The notes below the pieces were generated by a model. The model was not told the DNA's origin and searched no databases. It saw only the letters and a list, made by a program, of their open reading frames with translations. 20,465 nucleotides of DNA from Armatimonadota bacterium. GTDB taxonomy: Bacteria > Armatimonadota > Armatimonadia > Armatimonadales > Armatimonadaceae. The stretch spans positions 1-20,465 of the forward strand of contig JAYUUO010000306.1 in NCBI GenBank assembly GCA_043754515.1, written 5' to 3'. Below are positions 7,501-16,212 of the stretch, in pieces. The translations under genes and the position numbers were made by a program. The number at the start of each line of letters is the position of its first letter. Position 1 is the first letter of the stretch.

Positions 7501-9715
7501 TTCCCGCGCCGCCGCCGTCGGTCATCGCCAGGCGGGTCGGGTCTGCCGCCATCACGGCGTCCGTCACCTCTCTCGCCCGCCGCTCGAACTCGTCCATCTT
7601 GTCGCCGTACAGGTTGATTGTGTTGATGTACAGCCACTCGTTCTCGACGCTCCAAAGATGGATGGACGGATGGTTCCGCTCGCCCTTCACCTGTTGCACC
7701 ATCTGGTCGCGCCAGTTGTTTTGCAGTTCAACTTTGGTTTCCGAGCCGTACAGTTTTTTGAGTTCGGGATCGTTCTCCAGCGCGTTGTAGCCGATTGCCT
7801 CGCCGTCCAGGATGCCGGACCGGCGCACGACGACGCCTTCGCGGTCGAATAATTCCAGAGCGTCCGCGACATCCACCCCGTTCCACAGTTGCCCGCCCTG
7901 CGCGTATCCGGCGAGACGCATGAACCGCTGGTTTGTGGCGCGGTAGTTCTTCAACCACCGCGCCGGGGTGTCGCCGCTATTCAAATCCGCCCACCCATGC
8001 CATACCCGACCGTTCAGGGTGAAATCCTTGCCGCGACTGCCCCACTCCCGGAAGCCGAATGGCGTTTCGGAAACATCTTCCAGCGTACCGACTGATCTAA
8101 CAGTAGTTCGGAGGCGGTAGAGATGCGGCGCGTCGGGCCACCAGAGCGTGGGATTCGCCCACGGCCCGGACACCTCCACGGTTTTGAGGGCGTCATTTGG
8201 GAGCGGGACGGTCAACAGTGGGAGCGCGTGGACTACCGCCCCGGTTTTCGGGTCAATCACTTCGCACAACACGTGAACATCGTGATTTTTGCCGGACACG
8301 TTCGACAGTGTCACCTCGACGGATAACGCCTTTTTGGCAACGCTCGGCTTGACGAACACGTCCCTCGCGTAAGCGGGTGCCGAAGCGGTGAGCGTCGGCG
8401 CGACGAGGATCCCGCTCTGCCAGGCGTGCCAGATAGGGTATGACAAGTCCTGAAAACCGTTGCCGACCACCGATAGCGGGATGTTGAACATCTTGCGAAG
8501 CTTCAGCGGGTTCGTCGGCGACGCGCTGTATCCGTACCACGCGTCCCGTATCCCGACGCGGATCTCGTTCACGCTATCAGCTCTAACCGCTTTCGTGATG
8601 TCAACGTCGAACGGCGCGTGTGGGTTTTTGTTGAACCCGCAGAACACCCCGTTCACGACAACCGTGGTGTTCAGGTTATTCTGCGGGAAGTGAAGGAAGT
8701 AGGACCTTTGTTGGAGACCAGCCGCCGAAGCGGAGCGCGGATCTCCTACCGCGACCCGAGTGCGGTACCACAAACGGTGCGCGAAAACGAGATCGGGACG
8801 CGAGACATTTTTGTCGGACGGCACCGGAATAGCCGTCCAATAAGGGTGCTCTGGCATCTCCTCGAACGGCTCGGCAACCGGCTTCGGCAACTGCTCGTCG
8901 GCGCGGCATACCTCCCATAGCCCCGCGAGTTTGACACTGAACCTGTCGCCGGGCATCCGGTACCGCGCACTTTCGGTCGGCGCGGACGCGGTGCTTCCAC
9001 CAGGGAAACCCGGCGCACCGGGTTTCTCTGGATTATTACTTATGGGGCCGAGCCCGGGTGGTTGTTGAAGCCGAAACACCATCTCTCGCGCCGCTTTATC
9101 TTCCGGTGCGTCCCGCTCCTCGCCCGGCTTGTACTTGCCGTTCGGGTGAAACGTGCCGTTCGTCAGGCAAAGGGCGTCCGAGGCATAGATCATCCTGTCC
9201 GGCTTGCTGTCGGCCTTCGTCCGGCGAGTCAGGCGAATTTCGAGCGCGTGGCTCCCAGCAACGAGATTCGGCGCGTCCCCCATCTGGAGCCACGCGACTT
9301 CGTTCCATGTCTCGATGGTTTGTAGGTCCGTGGTCAGCATGTCCGGCGTGATCGTCTTCCATCCACCGCCGTCAATGCGCCACTCGAAAGGCGAACGCAC
9401 GAATTCATAGCCGACCCGGTTCCAGACCTGGTACGCGCCGGGGGTCGTCACATCAAACACGTAGCGCACGACAATCCCATCCGCCGCGACGTCGGACGCG
9501 GTTTTGTCCTCGGCGACGTTGATCTGAAGCCACTTTTCGCCGGAGAGCAGTTCCTTGCGCCCCCAACCTACCGCCTCCCACTTCGGGATGCCGGTCACGG
9601 ACGCGGGCTTCTCTCCTTCGATCCAGACGTAAGCGGGCGTCGCATCGGCGGCGAGGGCGCGAGCACAAAGTAGCATGGCGAGCGCGAGGCTTGCAAGTAA
9701 AAATGGGGATTTCAT
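4520..9715 (-). CDS. Large secreted multi-domain glycoside hydrolase family 2 (beta-galactosidase-like) protein
   Basis: Signal peptide MKSPFLLASLALAMLLCARALA from ATG 9715. GH2 sugar-binding domain (WYRTRV, VVVNG, PFDVDITKAV, NEIRVGI), LWWPDAPHLYRL, FGFREW, acid/base motif RNHPSIHLWSVENE, candidate nucleophile RPRYLGED, then ~800 aa of additional C-terminal domains. Confidence 0.82.
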   Translation of the reverse strand: MKSPFLLASLALAMLLCARALAADATPAYVWIEGEKPASVTGIPKWEAVGWGRKELLSGEKWLQINVAEDKTASDVAADGIVVRYVFDVTTPGAYQVWNRVGYEFVRSPFEWRIDGGGWKTITPDMLTTDLQTIETWNEVAWLQMGDAPNLVAGSHALEIRLTRRTKADSKPDRMIYASDALCLTNGTFHPNGKYKPGEERDAPEDKAAREMVFRLQQPPGLGPISNNPEKPGAPGFPGGSTASAPTESARYRMPGDRFSVKLAGLWEVCRADEQLPKPVAEPFEEMPEHPYWTAIPVPSDKNVSRPDLVFAHRLWYRTRVAVGDPRSASAAGLQQRSYFLHFPQNNLNTTVVVNGVFCGFNKNPHAPFDVDITKAVRADSVNEIRVGIRDAWYGYSASPTNPLKLRKMFNIPLSVVGNGFQDLSYPIWHAWQSGILVAPTLTASAPAYARDVFVKPSVAKKALSVEVTLSNVSGKNHDVHVLCEVIDPKTGAVVHALPLLTVPLPNDALKTVEVSGPWANPTLWWPDAPHLYRLRTTVRSVGTLEDVSETPFGFREWGSRGKDFTLNGRVWHGWADLNSGDTPARWLKNYRATNQRFMRLAGYAQGGQLWNGVDVADALELFDREGVVVRRSGILDGEAIGYNALENDPELKKLYGSETKVELQNNWRDQMVQQVKGERNHPSIHLWSVENEWLYINTINLYGDKMDEFERRAREVTDAVMAADPTRLAMTDGGGAGKNSILPVHGDHYVYSGDPAKYPALAYEANPDGGGRGRWTWDQKRPRYLGEDYFATGINPADYAFLGGEETFQGKSSTRRAAGVIQRMLTEGYRWAGFGAFHFWLGSESATDQYKSFAPIAAFCKEWDTTFASGAKVIRSIGLFNDSYRETRPLTFVWTLTASGKTLAHNSVTEAVAPGESVKFPVTVALPAVPAGSRLEASWNLSVTVGGKTVFTDIKPWSILGDSIGKSVLLYDPRASVSKLLPTLGIVTKPIAALSALPTNAPVGTVLLVGRDALTPAESTSSALAAWASAGRAVIVLEQRNPLRYQGLPAAMDATGDEGRIAFADDLNHPALLGLQQKDFFTWGGDQVIYHGAYKKPSTGGRSLIQCHNRLEDTALAELPSGKGLLLLSQLRVAGTLSTNAVARRLLTNLIAYGANYRQRFRPVVAAIAPGSPIAKALGATGVTFTPATDVLAPLRDGVTRLAVVEATPAHLKTLADGKATVEAFAKGGGYLLLCNLTPQGLADYNRLVGINHMIRPFRRERVTFPAMKNPLTSGLTLGDVVMQSGQRINNFTSDTFLASDVFTYAVDYDEVAPFATLPAPSFWNNPNADNDHDPYNMVNGFYSSDGWQYIFSIWAGSGDPKAIPFRFAVPQTITRMEWAGNAFYWPTTKVELTFDGKSPRLFDTPPDNEPRLFAVKAPGPAKEIGVRIAAWERRSPTAIVGVDNIRLYARRSPDFYKKVRPLLSVGTLVEYPRGTGGIVLCDVLYKDREEVPENAVKKQRILGTILRNLNAPFGGAKTVLAGANLQYTPVNIGKQATQYRNEQGWFGDKSFTFGALPTGTQTFAGVTYKIYDFPTSPVPTAVMLGGSGVPGNLPDAVRGIPVNLKADALFFLQAARLDIRRDDGERRGNRAYEMARYVVHYADGGTAIVPLLAEIDMDDYRQEGEPLLLPGAQIAWTRAYPDTKYTAVAYQKQWTNPRPDAVIASVDLEYGKDRRGIPVLLALTAAKTR
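8710..8749 (-). repeat. REP-like 40-nt palindrome in frame within the GH2 gene
   Basis: Minus strand GTAGGAGATCCGCGCTCCGCTTCGGCGGCTGGTCTCCAAC: starts with GTAG, terminal inverted repeat GTAGGAGA/TCTCCAAC (7/8), apical CCGC-TTCG-GCGG hairpin. Confidence 0.5.
9000..9031. repeat. 14-bp stem palindrome in frame within the GH2 gene
   Basis: CCAGGGAAACCCGG-CGCA-CCGGGTTTCTCTGG, 13/14 Watson-Crick pairs plus one G-T; lies in a Pro/Gly-rich linker. Confidence 0.6.
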
Positions 9716-9760
9716 AGTAGGTTGGATAACAACGGGTGGACACAATCAACGATACCCGGA

Positions 9761-10978
9761 TCAGAGAACCTCGCCCGCTAACCGTAGCCGGGGTTGGATC
9801 AGAGTCTCGCTTTTGACAGACGCGTCTCCGCGCATCCGCGATTCAATGTTGTCGAACAGTGCCGAAACCATCTCCGCCGGATCAATCTCCAGACGCGTTA
9901 CGCGGTCCTCCCAGCCTAACAAAGCCAGCGAACCAACATTCGCGTGAGAGGCGACGGACAATTCCTCGCCGACGCGCACTCCGAGACGCTGGAGCGCGGT
10001 CAGTAAGCCCTGCGTCAGCATATCGTCGGTGGAGAGGATGCCGTCAGGCCAGTCGGCGCGATCCGTGTGCGGACCGAACGCCTCCATCGCCGCGTGGTAC
10101 CCCTGCTCCTGATGCGAAAGCGTGTGTAGCCCCCCTCCTTCCGGAATCAGGTGCTGGTTGTCCCAGACGAGGTCACTCTCGAACAGGCGGCCGCTCTCGG
10201 CGAGTATACCGGCGAAAAGCTTAGCCCCTTCGGACGGGATCCCAGGTTGAGTATACCGATAAGGGGGAACCGCGCTCCAAAAACCGATGCGCTGACAACC
10301 CGCGTCACACAGCACCTTGAGGCCAAGACGCGCTATCTGCTCCGCGTCGGTCAGGACGCGGTAGGGACCGGGTCCGCCCAGTGCTAAGTAAGGTATGTCG
10401 TGTCGCTCGATCCACCTGGCTGTCGCGAGCGGCAACCCAATGCCCAGCACTCCGTCCACACGCCCGTTGCTTATATCCCCGATTATGCTATCGGCCAAGT
10501 AAAAAGACGTACTATTTAAGTCGGGCGTCCGCTTACCCCCCGCTCGCCCCTCGGTAGCGTCCAGCGCGAAGTGGAGTGAGAACACCCCCTTACCCATTTC
10601 GGCGCGGCGGCGGGACTCCTCTATTAGTAGTCCCCAGAACAGCGATGTTCCCGTGGTACGGAAGAAGGAGGGGTCGCAGATCAGCCAGACGCGATACTTT
10701 TGGATGTCGGACGCTACATAAATGCCCACCCCGTGGAGGCGTCGCACCACTTGTTGGGACTCGAGTTCCGATAACACCGAATTCAGCGTGGCGAGGGACA
10801 CCCCGAGACGATCCCGCATCTGCAGAACCGTCGGCATTTTGGCGTCGGGCCCGAGTTCGTGCGCGAGATCGGTCAGCCGACCGCATACCTCTTGGAACTT
10901 GGTTTGCTTACCGGGTCGCCCCCCGCCGACTCCCCGCCGACCGGCCACCCGGCCTTCAGCCGATTGAAGTGTCACCAC
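9761..10978 (-). CDS. GntR-family HTH regulator fused to a LacI-type (periplasmic-binding-protein-like) effector domain
   Basis: N-terminal PDAKMPTVLQMRDRLGVSLATLNSVLSELESQQVVRRLHGVGIYV (GntR winged HTH). C-terminal VDGVLGIG, GCQRIGF, PDGILSTDDMLTQGLL..LGVRVGEELSVAS (LacI sensor). Exact start uncertain. Confidence 0.85.
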   Translation of the reverse strand: MVTLQSAEGRVAGRRGVGGGRPGKQTKFQEVCGRLTDLAHELGPDAKMPTVLQMRDRLGVSLATLNSVLSELESQQVVRRLHGVGIYVASDIQKYRVWLICDPSFFRTTGTSLFWGLLIEESRRRAEMGKGVFSLHFALDATEGRAGGKRTPDLNSTSFYLADSIIGDISNGRVDGVLGIGLPLATARWIERHDIPYLALGGPGPYRVLTDAEQIARLGLKVLCDAGCQRIGFWSAVPPYRYTQPGIPSEGAKLFAGILAESGRLFESDLVWDNQHLIPEGGGLHTLSHQEQGYHAAMEAFGPHTDRADWPDGILSTDDMLTQGLLTALQRLGVRVGEELSVASHANVGSLALLGWEDRVTRLEIDPAEMVSALFDNIESRMRGDASVKSETLIQPRLRLAGEVL

Positions 10979-11000
10979 CGCTTGCTATCTGCCCTTTTGC

Positions 11001-11022
11001 GTGTCTCAGTGTTTCAGAACAC
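11001..11022. promoter_or_regulatory. Putative operator of the GntR regulator
   Basis: Palindrome GTGTT-TCAG-AACAC (11009-11022) overlapping the predicted start site, plus direct repeat GTGTCTCAG/GTGTTTCAG (11001-11017). Confidence 0.55.
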
Positions 11023-11026
11023 CGTT

Positions 11027-11055
11027 AGCATAATATACTTCGCGGTTCCTGTCAA
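11027..11055 (-). promoter_or_regulatory. sigma70-type promoter for the GntR-GH2-deacetylase operon
   Basis: Minus strand TTGACA (11055-11050), 17-nt spacer, TATGCT (11032-11027). Confidence 0.78.
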
Positions 11056-11167
11056 TAGCTAGGATGATTGGACCAGGGGCATGATCCGTTCGTCCTAGAC
11101 TCTGTGCTTGTCACATCGCCGTGTCAGTCGAGCCATACAGAGAACCCTATAATGTTCCGGCGAGGAC

Positions 11168-11176
11168 TGATACAAT
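11168..11176 (+). promoter_or_regulatory. Extended -10 element, probable leaderless start
   Basis: TGaTACAAT ends 8 nt before ATG 11185. A second TATAAT lies at 11148-11153. Confidence 0.5.
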
Positions 11177-11184
11177 GCCGTCAC

Positions 11185-11820
11185 ATGACACCGCCCAAAA
11201 CAAAACGTACGAAACGCTCTTTCTCAGGGCTGTCGGCGCGAGAAGCCTTCACGCTCGTCGGGCGCGAACGACTCGGGGCGTGGGCGATTGATGCTCCCCC
11301 CCGCGACCCTACCCCGACGCTTATCGAAAATCTGCGGCGGCTCAACTCGTTCGTGATAATGGCGTCCGAGGCGGGTAAGGAGATGCTGATTGACGCGCTC
11401 CTCGCGGAGATAGTACCCCTACACGCCGATATACGAGTGTGGAAAGATGAGCCCCTCGAATCCGATACGCTAATCGGATCCGCCGACTATCTCATCGCCC
11501 CGTTCCGCGACTACCTTTCCGAGCCGATATTATGCGCGGTGGAAGCGAAGCGGGATGACTTCGAAGCTGGCGAGATCCAGTGCATCGCGGAGATGTCCGC
11601 CTGTCGTCAGAGGAACGAGAACGCGGGGCTTCGCACCGACGTATACGGGATCGTCTCAAACGGCCAGGGCTGGGTTTTCTACCGGTGGGACGCTGACGAC
11701 ACGGCGTTCGAGCGCACCGCGCTAATGAGCGTGGATAGCTTGCCCCGATTGCTCGGGGCGATGAACACGCTGTGCGCGGCATGTGCCGCGCAAGTGGCAG
11801 TGATACGCGCTACCCTCTGA
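11185..11820 (+). CDS. PD-(D/E)XK restriction-endonuclease-fold protein (HsdR N-terminal-like), function unknown
   Basis: E...GSADYLI...LCAVEAKR...GEIQCIAEM...VYGIVSNGQGWVF resembles the D-x(n)-EAK, Q and GxxSNGxxW motifs of HSDR_N-like nucleases. Start placed at ATG 11185. Confidence 0.65.
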   Translation: MTPPKTKRTKRSFSGLSAREAFTLVGRERLGAWAIDAPPRDPTPTLIENLRRLNSFVIMASEAGKEMLIDALLAEIVPLHADIRVWKDEPLESDTLIGSADYLIAPFRDYLSEPILCAVEAKRDDFEAGEIQCIAEMSACRQRNENAGLRTDVYGIVSNGQGWVFYRWDADDTAFERTALMSVDSLPRLLGAMNTLCAACAAQVAVIRATL

Positions 11821-11852
11821 TCGGCTTTACCGAACTCCCGAGCTGTTAGCCG

Positions 11853-12095
11853 TCAACAAATCACCTCGAATGGCTTTATGCTCGCCGCCACGAGAGCGTC
11901 ACCACTGTCATCCTCAAGGAGTAGCAGATGGACCCCTTTTCGCTCGGCTACCGCTTTCACTGTCTGCAAACCGCCGCCCTTCGACACGACGGATGTCAGT
12001 TTGCGCTGGCTCATCGTGATGGTGCCATCCGCAACTCTCGCAAGCCATTCCTCGGCCCATTGTGTGTCGGGTGCGGATTCGTTAGACTCTGGCAT
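11853..12095 (-). CDS. Small hypothetical protein (80 aa)
   Basis: Protein-like composition (WAEEWL..TMSQRKL..GVHLLLLEDD..ASIKPFEVIC), GGGAGA RBS before ATG 12095, TAGAAT -10-like hexamer at 12182-12177. Confidence 0.65.
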   Translation of the reverse strand: MPESNESAPDTQWAEEWLARVADGTITMSQRKLTSVVSKGGGLQTVKAVAERKGVHLLLLEDDSGDALVAASIKPFEVIC

Positions 12096-12390
12096 AGTGT
12101 TCTTTCTCCCAAAACCCATCGGAGATGATTTGCCCTGCTTGTAGTTGTCGTTCGGCAGGGTGAGTTTCGTGTGACGATTCTACCCCGCTGTCGCGGACGA
12201 TCGCTACGATGATGCGACCTGGTAGCCTCGTGAAGGTACCAATACGTAAGTCATTGGAAGCCCCCGACACTCACGGCATTTTCGCGACTCGGGATCATTT
12301 CGCCGCTCCCGGCGGTATGATACATCGTCAGCAAAGCCGCTCCCCGCGCCGTCCGCCCGGAGCAACTACCCACTTCTTAAGGAGCAAGAG

Positions 12391-13911
<1,521 letters not shown>

Positions 13912-13921
13912 GGATGACACT

Positions 13922-14317
13922 ATGTCGGCACGAACCGTCGAGCGCGTGACTTACACGCCTAAGGCTGCCGCGCTACTCGATACGCTGAAGGCGCGGCATG
14001 GCGACCTGCTGTTCCATCAGTCCGGGGGCTGTTGTGACGGCAGTTCGCCGATGTGCTACCCACGCGGCGAGTTCCGCGTCGGGCAACGCGACGTATACCT
14101 AGGTGACGTAGCTGGTTGCCCGTTTTATATGAGCGGGCCGCAGTTCGAGTTGTGGAAACACACCCACCTGACAGTGGACGTGGTGCCGGGGCGCGGCGGC
14201 GGATTCTCCTGCGAGTCGCCCGAAGGGGTGCGCTTCCTTATCCGCTCCCGCCTGTTCGACAACGGCGAGCAGGTAGCACTTCAAGAGGCGGGCGGCCCAC
14301 TACTCGGGCCACAGTAA
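13922..14317 (+). CDS. DUF779-domain protein
   Basis: HGDLLFHQSGGCCDGSSPMCYP...QFELWKHTHLTVDVVPGRGGGFS..PEGVRFLIRSRLF is typical of DUF779, which commonly follows this ALDH type. AAGGA RBS before ATG 13922. Confidence 0.9.
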   Translation: MSARTVERVTYTPKAAALLDTLKARHGDLLFHQSGGCCDGSSPMCYPRGEFRVGQRDVYLGDVAGCPFYMSGPQFELWKHTHLTVDVVPGRGGGFSCESPEGVRFLIRSRLFDNGEQVALQEAGGPLLGPQ

Positions 14318-14333
14318 ACGAGACTGGAAGAAT

Positions 14334-14363
14334 CGCGCCGCCCGAAAAGGCGGCGCGTTTTTT
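14334..14363 (+). terminator. Rho-independent terminator of aldB-DUF779
   Basis: CGCGCCGCC-CGAAAA-GGCGGCGCG followed by T6. Confidence 0.85.
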
Positions 14364-14505
14364 ACACCCCGTCGCTGGCGACTGATACCTGGCGCATGGT
14401 GCCGCCCATGCTCATCGCACCGTCCATGCCCATCGTCTGTATGTCGGCCTCGGATTCGTGCGACGGCTTGATCGTGCTGCAGGACGGGTCAATACCACGG
14501 AGCAT
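14362..14505 (-). CDS. Possible 47-aa Met-rich small protein or gene remnant
   Basis: Manual translation MLRGIDPSCSTIKPSHESEADIQTMGMDGAMSMGGTMRQVSVASDGV*. Fills the gap between gltD and the terminator; below the ORF-track size cutoff; no clear RBS. Confidence 0.3.
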   Translation of the reverse strand: MLRGIDPSCSTIKPSHESEADIQTMGMDGAMSMGGTMRQVSVASDGV

Positions 14506-14574
14506 CGTTCTAATCTTTATACACCTGTCGTATTCTCGGTCGCAGTGTAAGGTCAGGCCATCATAAATGCTGCT

Positions 14575-16044
14575 CTACTTGTAAGCGGTGAGCGGCAGGC
14601 GCGACTCGCCCATCAGGAACGCGTCCACGCCGTGCGCCGCCTCCCGACCCTCCGCGATCGCCCACACGATCAACGACTGGCCCCGCCGCGCGTCCCCCGC
14701 CGCGAACACGCCGGGAACCGTGGTCTGGTACCCCGCGTCGGTCTGCACCGAGCCGCGCTCCGTGAAGGCGACGCCCAGCCCCGCGAGCAGGCCCTCCTTC
14801 TCCGGCGACTCGTAGCCGATAGCGATCAGCACCAGATCCGCCGGAAACACGACCTCGCCGCCCGGCACCGCGACCATCCCGCGCCGCCCGCCCACCATGC
14901 CATCACCCTTTTGTACGCGCACGGCGTGGAGTTGCTTGACAACACCCGCCTCGCCGGTGAAGCGGTCGGTGTGGATGCCCCACTCGCGGCTACCGCCCTC
15001 CTCGTGCGCGGGACCTGTCTTCAGCACCATCGCGGGTTCCGGCCACCACGGGTTCAATTCGGGTCGGTCTTTGGGCGGCTCCGGGTGGATCTGGAACTGC
15101 GTAACGCTTGCCGCCCCCTGCCGTATCGCCGTGCCGTAGCAGTCCGCGCCCGTATCGCCGCCGCCGATGATGATCACGTGCTTACCCCGCGCGTCAATCA
15201 CCGGCACCTGCCATGACTCTGTGTTCTCGCCCGCGATACGTCGGTTCGCCTGCGTCAGGTAGTCCATCGCGTAGTGGATGCCGCCAAGTTCACGCCCGGC
15301 GACCCCGGTCATGTCGCGCGGCTTGAGCGCGCCGACACACAGGACCACGGCGTCGAACGATCCGCGCAGTTCATCAGCCGTGATGTCCGTGCCGATATGA
15401 ACTCCGGTCCGGAACGCTATCCCCTCTTCGGCGAGGAGCGCGACACGGCGGTCAATGTACTTCGTCTTGTCCATCTTGAAATCAGGAATGCCGTAGCGCA
15501 GTAGCCCGCCGACCCTGTCGTCCCGCTCGAAAACGGTGACGTAATGTCCGGCGCGGTTCAGCTGTTGCGCCGCCGCTAGCCCGGCGGGTCCCGACCCGAT
15601 GACGGCGACGGTTTTCCCGGTGCGCTTCGTCGGCGTCTCCGCCTGTATCCAGCCCTCCTCGAAGCCACGGTCAATGATCGTCATCTCGATCTGCTTGATC
15701 GTCACCGCGTCGTCGTTGATTGACAGAACGCACGCCTCCTCGCACGGCGCGGGGCATAGTTTGCCGGTAAACTCGGGGAAGTTATTGGTCGCGTGCAGTG
15801 CCGCGAGCGCGGTCTTCCACTTGCCCCGGTAGACCAGATCGTTCCAGTCGGGGATCAGGTTGCCGAGCGGACAACCACCGTGGCAGAACGGGATGCCGCA
15901 GTCCATGCAACGCGACGCCTGCGCCCGCAGTTTCTCAGGAGCCATCGGCAGGTAAACCTCTTTGAAATCGCCGACTCGCTCGCCGACCGGTCGCTTCTTG
16001 GGCATCTCGCGCCCGACTGTGATGAATGCTTTGCTGTCGCCCAT
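14575..16044 (-). CDS. gltD: Glutamate synthase small (beta) subunit
   Basis: [103 protein letters not shown]. Confidence 0.95.
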   Translation of the reverse strand: MGDSKAFITVGREMPKKRPVGERVGDFKEVYLPMAPEKLRAQASRCMDCGIPFCHGGCPLGNLIPDWNDLVYRGKWKTALAALHATNNFPEFTGKLCPAPCEEACVLSINDDAVTIKQIEMTIIDRGFEEGWIQAETPTKRTGKTVAVIGSGPAGLAAAQQLNRAGHYVTVFERDDRVGGLLRYGIPDFKMDKTKYIDRRVALLAEEGIAFRTGVHIGTDITADELRGSFDAVVLCVGALKPRDMTGVAGRELGGIHYAMDYLTQANRRIAGENTESWQVPVIDARGKHVIIIGGGDTGADCYGTAIRQGAASVTQFQIHPEPPKDRPELNPWWPEPAMVLKTGPAHEEGGSREWGIHTDRFTGEAGVVKQLHAVRVQKGDGMVGGRRGMVAVPGGEVVFPADLVLIAIGYESPEKEGLLAGLGVAFTERGSVQTDAGYQTTVPGVFAAGDARRGQSLIVWAIAEGREAAHGVDAFLMGESRLPLTAYK

Positions 16045-16085
16045 AGTCCTCGTGAACCTGTCTAAATAATCCGGTAGTGCCCCGC

Positions 16086-16091
16086 ATTATA
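16086..16091 (-). promoter_or_regulatory. -10 element for gltD
   Basis: Perfect TATAAT on the minus strand ~40 nt upstream of the gltD start, in GC-rich DNA. Confidence 0.5.
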
Positions 16092-16197
16092 CAGCACTCG
16101 CGGACGAACATGGCCCCCGCCCCCGCGACCGGTGAAGGTAAGTTCGATGAGTCGCCCCATTGAGTTGGCGTTAGGATTAAGAGTCCGCGTGCGCGTG

Positions 16198-16206
16198 TGG
16201 TAAAAT
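16198..16206 (+). promoter_or_regulatory. Extended -10 element, leaderless start
   Basis: TGgTAAAAT ends 6 nt before ATG 16213; no Shine-Dalgarno in between. Confidence 0.62.
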
Positions 16207-16212
16207 GGGCGT

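Noticed and set aside
11068..11184. Longer N-terminus of the nuclease-like ORF from TTG 11068
   Set aside because: The extension overlaps hairpins and -10 elements and does not look protein-like; ATG 11185 is preferred.
11185..12095. Nuclease-like gene plus small gene as a toxin-antitoxin pair
   Set aside because: The genes are convergent, not co-transcribed, and the small protein shows no HTH/RHH antitoxin features.
12239..12257. Inverted repeat CCAAT-N9-ATTGG upstream of aldB
   Set aside because: Only 5-bp arms and no cognate regulator nearby; may be chance.
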